From: a virus
Lineage: Duplodnaviria; Caudoviricetes
IMG/VR virus record: IMGVR_UViG_3300045457_000127
Span: 1-54,939 of that record
Length of the DNA stretch: 54,939 nucleotides
Strand: one strand, 5' to 3'
Below, piece after piece: positions 1-7,900 of this stretch (its first letter is position 1; the number at the start of each line of letters is the position of its first letter). Both the position numbers and the translations under genes were made by a program. The notes under the pieces were generated by a model. The model saw only the letters and a list, made by a program, of their open reading frames with translations, made no database searches and was not told the DNA's origin.

Positions 1-210
1 GATGTCAAGAAGGATCACATTGTTCACTGTAAGACAAAGAAGGTGATGGATGTTTCGCTGGTTAGCATTAATGGTGGTGAGTGTAACGCTCCTTCATTCC
101 ACTGGCATGGTGAAGGTAAGTTCGCCGTACCAGGAACAAAAGACTGCTCTTATGTTGGAGCAGTGACATTATCAGTTGACGGACATACAAAAACATTTGC
201 TCCGTTATGA
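1..210 (+). CDS. 3' end of a hypothetical protein (5'-truncated by the window)
   Basis: Frame 1 is open from base 1 (DVKKDHIVHCKTKK...TKTFAPL) to TGA at 208-210. Confidence 0.7.
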   Translation, partial: DVKKDHIVHCKTKKVMDVSLVSINGGECNAPSFHWHGEGKFAVPGTKDCSYVGAVTLSVDGHTKTFAPL

Positions 211-216
211 GTAAAG

Positions 217-342
217 TTCGCCTTCATCACGGTAACATCTGTCTTGGGTTGGTATCCAGATTAAAGATGCCGTATTGAGTTACGGTTCGAATAACCATTA
301 GTTGAAAGACTATAAAACAGGTGTTACTTTGATGAAGGCGAA
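217..342 (+). ncRNA. Unclassified structured RNA: long closing stem with a multi-branched head
   Basis: 217-229 TTCGCCTTCATCA pairs perfectly with 330-342, and 232-242 pairs with 317-327 (one G-U). Internal hairpins lie at 245-258, 269-286 and 299-312 (GAAA tetraloop). G-U pairs favour the + strand. It fills an intergenic gap. Confidence 0.65.
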
Positions 343-348
343 TAAATA
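341..348 (+). promoter_or_regulatory. T4-type late promoter (AATAAATA) upstream of the tmRNA acceptor piece
   Basis: Matches the NNTAAATA motif found before many late genes in this window, and lies just before the predicted tmRNA precursor start (~350). Confidence 0.55.
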
Positions 349-349
349 G

Positions 350-652
350 AATTGCCAAAGGTCGTTGAGAGGAACGGCATAGACGCTGAGGACGTGGGTG
401 CGACTCCCACCGCCTCCACCATAGATACATCACTATACTTTGAGGTCTTGGTCGTTACCAGCATAGCAAAAACGGCGACAGGAGTTAGGATGTATCTTTG
501 ATGGGGGCGAACTAGGATCGACTGGTGTAGTAAGGGTTCAAGGAGACCAAAGGCAAATATAGGTGCTAACGATAACGTTTCACCATTTGAGATGGCCCTA
601 GCGGCTTAATCTCATTGGGTTTGGTGGTTTTCCTAGAAACAGAAAAATCACC
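350..652 (+). ncRNA. ssrA: Circularly permuted (two-piece) tmRNA: acceptor piece ~350-421, intervening segment 422-502, coding piece 503-~652
   Basis: T-arm GTGGG-TGCGACT-CCCAC (394-410), then CGCCTCC-A-CCA (411-421). Downstream GGGGGCG (503-509) completes a 7-bp acceptor stem with the G3-U70 alanine identity pair, followed by AACTAGGATCGAC. The tag frame 565-609 reads ANDNVSPFEMALAA*. Inter-piece pairings: TTGCC(352-356)/GGCAA(552-556) and GGTC(360-363)/GACC(545-548). Confidence 0.95.
623..652 (+). terminator. 3' hairpin or terminator-like stem of the tmRNA coding piece
   Basis: GGTGGTTTT...AAAATCACC inverted repeat downstream of the tag stop; only a weak U-tail follows. Confidence 0.45.
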
Positions 653-682
653 TCTTCACACACAAACACACAGGAGTAAATC

Positions 683-934
683 ATGGATACATATAACGCA
701 CATTCACCCTTTACAATCCGGCTAGAACTGCTAAAATTAGCACAGTCAATTGAGAACGATAGGGTATGGGTGGAACGGAATAGACTAGAACAAGAATTTC
801 AAATGGTACGGGAACAGGCCGATAGAAAAGGTTGGGACACTATACCTGACTTTCCAGACTATCCAGTTGTCACCTATCAAGATGTTGTCCGAGTAGCCGA
901 GGAACTAAACAAATTCGTTTCTAACAAGGGTTGA
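683..934 (+). CDS. Small hypothetical phage protein (PFxIRLELLKLA motif)
   Basis: 83-aa ORF with an AGGAG RBS and a CA-rich leader. Confidence 0.85.
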   Translation: MDTYNAHSPFTIRLELLKLAQSIENDRVWVERNRLEQEFQMVREQADRKGWDTIPDFPDYPVVTYQDVVRVAEELNKFVSNKG

Positions 935-936
935 TA

Positions 937-1164
937 ATGATGACGCCGGATGATATTCAAAAGTTTAGTATGGAGATTGAGGAACTGGTCTATATGAAAG
1001 ACATTCCTTATATTGATGCCGTGATTGAATACTGTGAAGCAACTGGTTTTGAACTAGAAACCGCAGCGAAACTAATCTCCGGCGTCCTCAAATCCAAAAT
1101 CAAACTCGAAGCAGAAAACCTTCACTACCTCAAAAAGTCAAACACCTCACAACTTCCTCTATAA
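937..1164 (+). CDS. gp33: Late transcription coactivator gp33
   Basis: FSMEIEELV..YIDAVIEYCE..E.AAKLIS..LKSKIKLEA..L.YLK..S.LPL is the gp33 pattern. It lies upstream of gp59/gp32 as in T4. The ATG at 937 (or 940) is preferred over the TTG at 931. Confidence 0.9.
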   Translation: MMTPDDIQKFSMEIEELVYMKDIPYIDAVIEYCEATGFELETAAKLISGVLKSKIKLEAENLHYLKKSNTSQLPL

Positions 1165-1178
1165 GAAGGAACTACATT

Positions 1179-2024
1179 ATGGAAAACAAGGAAACTTTCT
1201 CCAAGAAGGAGATTGAAAACATCTATCGTATGAAAAACGAGATTGAAGACCTTATCAAGACCAAAGAACTATTCGAGTATTACATTGTCTCTACTCCAAC
1301 TGCCACTGACAAATTTACAAAGCACTCTTACAGAAATCATCCGTCATTTGTGATTGCTGGTGGTGTGTTTGCTTCTATCTTTCATAAAGAAAAGATTTTC
1401 GACATTGATGTGTTCATCTTGGGTGAACATCATATCATTTCTTCAGAAGATTGGATTACACCCAATTACGATCATTTTTCATCCTTGATTCGTTATAAGA
1501 ATGGTCGTTGGAATGTGCAATTTCGCCTTGACGAGGATGACAACTATCATAATCCTCATGTCTTTGGCACCGCTACACACAAGGAATCTGGCATTCAGTA
1601 TATTATGACCAATCATCTAACAAGACAGGAACTACTAAAGGACTTTGACTTTGTTCATTGCACTGTGTCATATCACGAGGGTAAACTAAACATCAATCGT
1701 GGTGCCTATGATGCTATTGCTAACAAGCATCTGGTTCCTCAGAACCGTAAGAAGAAGATCAAGCAATGGCGCCAGGATAAGTTTATCGGCCGTGGTTGGT
1801 GGGATGAGAATAATCCAATAGTAAATCAAACTGGTAGAACTCTAAAAGATATCATGGACGAAGTCCTTGATAAAAAAGGTGTAGATATTTTTGAAGATGC
1901 CTTGAAGCATCCTCCTGTGGTCAATCCCACTAATCTAAGCGACCGAACGTGGAAAATGTTGATAAATGATACTGACAAAATGAGTCATAAACAGGTGTGG
2001 ACAAATAGCACGAAAGTAATATGA
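1179..2024 (+). CDS. Putative pol-beta superfamily nucleotidyltransferase (CCA/poly(A) polymerase head-like)
   Basis: IAGG....IFH.EKIFDIDVF fits the GG-x(n)-DxD metal-binding motif. The downstream LLKDFDFVHC resembles the RRDFTxN position of class II enzymes. An AAGGA RBS is present. Confidence 0.6.
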   Translation: MENKETFSKKEIENIYRMKNEIEDLIKTKELFEYYIVSTPTATDKFTKHSYRNHPSFVIAGGVFASIFHKEKIFDIDVFILGEHHIISSEDWITPNYDHFSSLIRYKNGRWNVQFRLDEDDNYHNPHVFGTATHKESGIQYIMTNHLTRQELLKDFDFVHCTVSYHEGKLNINRGAYDAIANKHLVPQNRKKKIKQWRQDKFIGRGWWDENNPIVNQTGRTLKDIMDEVLDKKGVDIFEDALKHPPVVNPTNLSDRTWKMLINDTDKMSHKQVWTNSTKVI

Positions 2025-2734
2025 GATATAATCTAACTCCTTTTTATGACCTACTGGATGAATCTGTCCCTTCAAGAGATGTTTGGAGGGACAGATTCAA
2101 GGTGTTCTTTGATAACACCAATACAGACAAGGCTCTATTAGACCTTTATTATAATCTTCTGATAAACAATTATAATAATCTGTATCCTTTATTGGTATCG
2201 GGGTATCTGATAGACCCTTATTCAGGTTTATTTACCTTTGATGAACCTTCTATGAAAGGTCTTCACACATTCAATATGGCAAACTTTATAAGAAGAAACC
2301 ATGTCTTCTTTAATAAGAAGTCGCTTAAGACTATAAGCATGGATTTCGGACTAACGAACATACAAATTAAGCAGTGTGGCTTGAAACTGACCAATGTGTC
2401 GCTATCAGCACAATCCATACCTGGTTCTGCATTGTTGGTCATTGGCAACTATAGCCCACCGTATGACTTCAAAAATGATGGAGACCCTGATGTTATATTT
2501 GCCTGTCATGTATTCAATACAGAAGATGAAGCATGGGAAAACTGGAATATGTTGTTTGACCTTAGTATTCAAGGCAAAGATGTTTTCTTTACCAGTTCTA
2601 CATTTAAAGAGTTGAAAAAGTTTATAAACTATGATAGAATACAACAAATGGAAAACCCATCGGAAATATACGATGCGGATGTGTATTCAAATCTTGATAT
2701 GGGTTTTATGAACAGGATCTATAGAATAATCTAA
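2021..2734 (+). CDS. Hypothetical protein, possibly a degenerate class I (family 16-like) methyltransferase fold
   Basis: MANFIRRNHVFFNKKSL..SMDFGLTNIQIKQCG and DVIFACHVFN parallel the LAxxI..N..KxVLxLGxGxGL and DxIxxxDVxY motifs, but the Gly-rich loop is lost. ATGA overlap with the upstream gene. Confidence 0.35.
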   Translation: MRYNLTPFYDLLDESVPSRDVWRDRFKVFFDNTNTDKALLDLYYNLLINNYNNLYPLLVSGYLIDPYSGLFTFDEPSMKGLHTFNMANFIRRNHVFFNKKSLKTISMDFGLTNIQIKQCGLKLTNVSLSAQSIPGSALLVIGNYSPPYDFKNDGDPDVIFACHVFNTEDEAWENWNMLFDLSIQGKDVFFTSSTFKELKKFINYDRIQQMENPSEIYDADVYSNLDMGFMNRIYRII

Positions 2735-3369
2735 TGAAACACTTTTCTGGATATGGTGCATATCAGTTGTTTCTGGCCTTACGAACACACTTCATAAGTC
2801 CAAAGTATGACTTCTTTGAAATGCATGGTAAACTCCGTGCAACAAAGGAGTCATACAACAAAAGAAACGACCGATTGTTTCTTGAGAAGTTGGCGAAGAC
2901 ATATGATCCTGAAACTCTTAGGGATTTCTATATCGCCAACATTCTTGAGGACAAACAATATGTGACAGACTTGCTTGATGATAGTGCTGCGGCTAATCTT
3001 GTAAAGTATCAGGCTCGCCGGCAGGCATTATCATACAATGTGTCCAATGATGTTGATATGGTGTTGCGTAATGGGTCATGTGAGGCGTTCAGAACGTATC
3101 CCAATCAATATCCCGAAGTGCTTGTTCTATATCTACAACGCCGTATTAGTATTGAGACCATGGTGATCATGAATGACTTTATTCTGTTTAGACAAAAGTT
3201 TGATAAATACTATGACGGTGATGTGATATGGCCTAAGGTATCTCTAAAGATGATAAAGTATAGGCCCTTTTTAAAGTATGATAGAGAGAAGATGAAACTC
3301 ATACTCAAGGAGCGTATAGATGAAAACTCTAGAGGGCAATGCGTCGGACATACTGAAGCAATGGATTGA
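2734..3369 (+). CDS. gp59: Helicase loader gp59
   Basis: AYQLFLALRTHF..KYDFF..GK..SYNKRNDR.F.EKLAK, ISIETMVI and WPKVSLKMIKYRPFL; position between gp33 and gp32. Confidence 0.92.
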   Translation: MKHFSGYGAYQLFLALRTHFISPKYDFFEMHGKLRATKESYNKRNDRLFLEKLAKTYDPETLRDFYIANILEDKQYVTDLLDDSAAANLVKYQARRQALSYNVSNDVDMVLRNGSCEAFRTYPNQYPEVLVLYLQRRISIETMVIMNDFILFRQKFDKYYDGDVIWPKVSLKMIKYRPFLKYDREKMKLILKERIDENSRGQCVGHTEAMD

Positions 3370-3502
3370 CGGGAGGTATGAGGTTTTTTACAAATACGAT
3401 GGTGACAGAGTTACAAATATAGAAATCTATGAAAGAGAAACAGACCTAAGTTTTACACCAAATGAAGAGACTGAACATTTTTTGGAGATAATACTTGGAT
3501 AA
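3320..3502 (+). CDS. Small acidic hypothetical protein
   Basis: 60-aa ORF with an AAGGAG RBS; overlaps the end of gp59. Confidence 0.6.
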   Translation: MKTLEGNASDILKQWIDGRYEVFYKYDGDRVTNIEIYERETDLSFTPNEETEHFLEIILG

Positions 3503-3818
3503 AGAAAAAAGACAGAAGCGGTTTCAACAGAAGCAACGGCACATCGAGCGCCAGTTTTCTATCCGAAAGACTAATAACTTCGTATGGGGTTATAAAGACA
3601 ACATGGAAAACAAAGAAGAACAAAAGCATCGCTTTCACAAGATGAAGGGATGGACTTGCCATTCTGGTTGTTATCTATGTGGCAACCCCAGAACATATTG
3701 GGGTGCTAAGACATTACAAGAAACAAAGTTTGAATGTTCCGCAGTTGAACAAACAAACAGAGATTCCATTGGCAAATGGGAATGGGAGGATCTAACTGAT
3801 CCTTCCATGGAGTGGTGA
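3495..3818 (+). CDS. Small basic protein with a C-x3-C-x2-C-GNPR putative zinc motif
   Basis: TTG start with a GGAG RBS, a K/R/Q-rich N-terminus and CHSGCYLCGNPR. Confidence 0.7.
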   Translation: MDKEKRQKRFQQKQRHIERQFSIRKTNNFVWGYKDNMENKEEQKHRFHKMKGWTCHSGCYLCGNPRTYWGAKTLQETKFECSAVEQTNRDSIGKWEWEDLTDPSMEW

Positions 3819-3825
3819 CTAAATA
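3818..3825 (+). promoter_or_regulatory. Late promoter (ACTAAATA) for gene 32
   Basis: NNTAAATA motif in the intergenic region before gp32. Confidence 0.55.
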
Positions 3826-3829
3826 TCAC

Positions 3830-3858
3830 TTGACAGAGGGAGATTCCTCTGTTATAAT
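3830..3858 (+). promoter_or_regulatory. Consensus sigma70 (early) promoter for gene 32
   Basis: TTGACA (3830-3835), a 17-bp spacer and TATAAT (3853-3858). Confidence 0.9.
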
Positions 3859-3920
3859 ATCAACTTATACTATGATGATGTGGACAAGAAACTATACAAC
3901 GAACATACAAGGAAAATACA

Positions 3921-4886
3921 ATGAACTTTTCAAATCTAAAGAAGCAATCCTCAAAGTTTGACAACCTACTCAAGGAAGTCGATAAACTACAGAACCCCAC
4001 CTACGAGAAGGACGATAGCACAGATAACTATTGGAAGCCAACACCAGATAAGACTGGTAATGCTCTAGCAGTTATTCGCTTTCTTCCTGGCCCAGCAGTT
4101 GATGGTGACGATGCTCTGCCATTCGTTCGCTATTTCGACCATGGTTTCCAGAACAAGGTGACAGGTAAGTGGTACATCGAAAAGTCTCTAACGACTTTTG
4201 ATGAAAAGGATCCTGTTTCTGAATACAACTCACAACTCTGGAACTCAACACAGGATGATAACTCTCCAGAGCGTAAGCAGGCCCGTGACCAGAAGCGCCG
4301 TCTGCATTATGTCTCCAACATCTATGTGGTGAGTGATCCTAAGAACCCAGAGAACGAGGGCAAGGTCTTCTTGTTCAAGTATGGCAAGAAGATTTTCGAC
4401 AAGATCACCAAGATGATGAACCCTGACCTTGAGTCAGAGCCACGTATCAATCCTTTTGATTTGTGGAAGGGTGCCAACTTCAAGTTGAAGATGACACGTC
4501 AGAACGTCAATATGGGTGGTCGTAACATTTCATTCCCTAACTATGATGAGTCGGTGTTTCTAACGGCCGGTCCATTGAATGAGAATGATGATGAACTAGA
4601 GTCAATCTGGAAGGGCGAGTATTCATTAAAGGACATTATTGATCGTAAGAACTTTAAGTCCTATGATGAATTGAAGCGCCGTTTGAATGATGTTATGGGT
4701 CTATCTGGTACACCTGTTCGTTCTACTACGGATGAATATCGTGCTGCTGCACCTAAGGCATTCAATGAAACTGACGAGGATGTTCCTTTTACAGACTCAA
4801 AGCCTGCTAAGAGGGCACCTGCTCCTGTTGTAGATGAGGATGAAGATCCTGATCTTGCAGAGTTCCGTCATCTACTAGACGACTAA
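3921..4886 (+). CDS. gp32: Single-stranded DNA-binding protein gp32
   Basis: WKPTPDKTGN..AVIRFLP, WYIEKSLTT, YVSNIYVVSDPKNPENEGKVFLFKYGKKIFDKI, PFDLWKGANFKLK and an acidic C-terminal tail. Confidence 0.98.
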   Translation: MNFSNLKKQSSKFDNLLKEVDKLQNPTYEKDDSTDNYWKPTPDKTGNALAVIRFLPGPAVDGDDALPFVRYFDHGFQNKVTGKWYIEKSLTTFDEKDPVSEYNSQLWNSTQDDNSPERKQARDQKRRLHYVSNIYVVSDPKNPENEGKVFLFKYGKKIFDKITKMMNPDLESEPRINPFDLWKGANFKLKMTRQNVNMGGRNISFPNYDESVFLTAGPLNENDDELESIWKGEYSLKDIIDRKNFKSYDELKRRLNDVMGLSGTPVRSTTDEYRAAAPKAFNETDEDVPFTDSKPAKRAPAPVVDEDEDPDLAEFRHLLDD

Positions 4887-4893
4887 GACAATC

Positions 4894-4919
4894 GCCGGGG
4901 AGAAATCCCCGGCTTTTTT
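4894..4919 (+). terminator. Rho-independent terminator after gene 32
   Basis: GCCGGGGA-GAAA-TCCCCGGC followed by TTTTTT; sits between convergent genes. Confidence 0.9.
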
Positions 4920-7900
4920 AATTCTTCATATTGGAATTTCCACCACTGTGGTGGAAATCATTTGTTGAATCACCAGTTTCAACAAATCTTGCACGACTGT
5001 ATGCTCTTGCAGCACTCGGATCCAAAAATATATGTTTGGTCATACTCATAATATTCTCAATCATTCCGCCATCTCTATCTGTTATATGAGATTCGCTACC
5101 TTTTGTAATATCTTGTGCTGGATTTTGTTTAACTTCTTTAAGACTCATAATATCCGATCTTAAAATATCCATTTCAGATTGCATATTGGACTGAGATGAT
5201 GGTGTTTTTCCTATTGTAGATGATTTAGGAATTACATCAACATTTCTTTTAGTAGGGTCATAAACTGCCGCTTCTTTTTCAGTATTCATGGTGAAAAGAG
5301 GTTTTTGATTAGCATCTACAACGACTGAATTATCGCTTTTTATTCCACCTATTGGCATGGCTGATATTTGGTCTGTCTGTGTCTTATTTTCTCCACCCTT
5401 TTCATTAGTCATTACAGGGTGAGAAATGACACTTTGTTCTATTTCTTTAGGTGATGCATCCGCAACCTTTATATTTGTTTCAGGTGTGGCCGTAGGACTG
5501 TTTATAGTCTGCTCACTTACAGCCTTAGTTTCTGGGGTTTCTGTTGTGTTGCCTCTATCAGATGTTTTTTCTTTAATTTCATGAAGAAATTTTGAAGAGT
5601 CAAAATTATGGTTTTTCATGTCTTGTAAAACCTGCTGAATCGCAGGAGACTTTGGATCGTTAACAGTAAGAACACCATTTTTATATGATACACCTGGAGT
5701 GTTTTTGAATCCGTTTCTAAGTTCACTTAGAATATAATCATCAGAAACAAGGGCAGCACCAAATTCTTTTTCACGAACCTCGGCAACAAAGGCTGCTTCA
5801 TCAAAATTATATCTTAACGATGAAGTCTCTGGTGCTTTACGTTCAGTTTTAGGAGTAGGAGTCTCAGGTCTATTTAAAGTTTGGCCTCCTGTAGGTGCAG
5901 GTCTCTTTACATCCTGTGGTACATCCGGTGCAGCAGTTCTAAGGCTTTCATTAACATTCTGTCCACCTACTGTGGGCTCAGTACCAGGTCTATTTAAAGT
6001 TTGGCCTCCTGTAGGTGCTGGTCTAGGTTCTGCTGATACATCGGGTGAAGGAGTTCCAAGGCTTTCACCAATTCTTTCTTGGCCAACATTTGGTGCAGGT
6101 TCATTTAAAGTATGACCACCTGTAGGTGCTGGTCTAGGTTCTGCCGATACATCAGGAGAAGGAGTTCTAAGACTTTCAGCAATTCTTTCTTGGCCAACAG
6201 AACCTGGTGGTGTAACATCACCTGTTCTTACTTGAGTAGAAGACTCTACGACCTGAGGTTGATTAGTTCTAATTTCTTTTATCGCCTGATCGGTTGTTAC
6301 GGGTTTAATAAAAGTCCCGTCTTCACTGTAAGCAGGTGAAGCAGTTACTGTTACACGGCCGTCAGGCATGATATTGATATATGCTTTTCCATCATGTGCC
6401 TTTTTAAAATTTTCCATTTCTTGTTGAAAAGCAGGAAACTCACTCTTTGGAATAGATATACATCCATGGCTGTATAAACGCTGTAAGTCGTCATGACCAG
6501 AAGAATGTATGACCATACCATCTCTTGTTCTACCAACCTTAGGATCAAATTTATTATTCAATGAAGGCATTTCATAACCATATCCACCAGGAACGTGATG
6601 AGGATTAAATCCACCTACTGGTGAACTACCCAAAGGTGTTGACGGATGATCTGTATCGTCAGGTCTACCAGAACCAAAATGATATGTCCCGCCGCCTTCA
6701 AAAGAAAGAGAACCTTGTCGGACGGCTTGTCTAGATGATTGTACCTTTTCTGTTATGTTAGTAGGGTCTGCTACCGACTCTGTTTTTGGTCCACCTTGAT
6801 GTTGCTGCGACTGTTCAATGACACGCATAGGATTGGACTCACCTAAAGGTTCACCCTTGGTGTCATTAATAGCATAGAAGTTTTTGGCGCTTGTTATTCT
6901 AGTGTTTCCATCAATAGGAAATGTTCTGTATCTTACACCATTTGAGGTGGACCACTGGTCGGCAACTCTAATGCCAGTTATTTTTCCAGTCTGGTCTCTC
7001 TCATAGCCTAAAAATACGGCAGCATGTGTGGTATCGTTTCCTCTTTTTCCAGTACCAACACCTCCATCATAGTATTGTGAAGGATTACCTTCTCTATCCA
7101 TGAATGTTGCAATAGGCGTACCAGGTTTTAAATTACCATCTAATACATTACTACCTTTGCGCCAATCACGGACAGTGCCTGTAGCACCAACATATGCTTT
7201 GGCGAGAGCAACACACTCTTTGCTTTCCATGCCTGTTAATTCTGATATTCTTTTTCTAACCGCTGCCTCTGATTTACCGTCTGACAAAAACTGTTGTGCT
7301 TCTGGTGATCCTGGAACAGGTAGATTGGCCTGAGAATATCTTGCTAATGACTGTATTCTATTGGTGTTAATTTCTCTTACAAGTTTTTCTCTTTCGGCTG
7401 CAACTTGCTCCGATGTATAGTCCTGTGTTATAGGATCTTTTGAGGCGCCCATTTTGGTGTAAACACCACTTTTAAACCAGTTAGAATTCCAATCAGAATC
7501 ACCTACAGAAGCTCTTTCATTAATATTATATGGAGTTCCAGTTTGACCTAACTGCTGTTTTCCATAACCATACCACTGAGATGCCACCCATTTACGAGCC
7601 GCATCACCACCACCTCTCTTTGCTATTTCTTTGGCAATCCAATCCGCTTGCTGTGGTAATGTTGACATATTTCTAGGATCTAGTCCTGTTTGCGACATAA
7701 AGTTTTTGCCTAAAAAATTCATATGCATTTGAAATGGACCAAAACTTTTTCCACTATCACCTATATCATATTCACCTGATGTTTTTCCAATTGACTCGCC
7801 ACGAACGATACCATACATGATACGTGGGTCAATATTATTTTTTGCAGCGGCAGTATCAATAATTTGCTTCATACCACTGCTTGAAGCCAGGCTTTGTTTT

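Noticed and set aside
262-300. Possible tRNA gene suggested by GGTTCGAAT
   Set aside because: There is no 7-bp acceptor stem, D-arm or correctly spaced T-stem. It is kept only as part of the unclassified RNA.
300-340. Hammerhead ribozyme (TGATGA and GAAA present)
   Set aside because: The core needs CUGAUGA. Here it is TTGATGA, it is buried in the closing stem, and the stem order does not fit.
227-433. 68-aa minus-strand ORF (WWRRWESHPRP)
   Set aside because: It is the typical antisense shadow of a tmRNA/tRNA T-arm and acceptor end, and it overlaps two structured RNAs.
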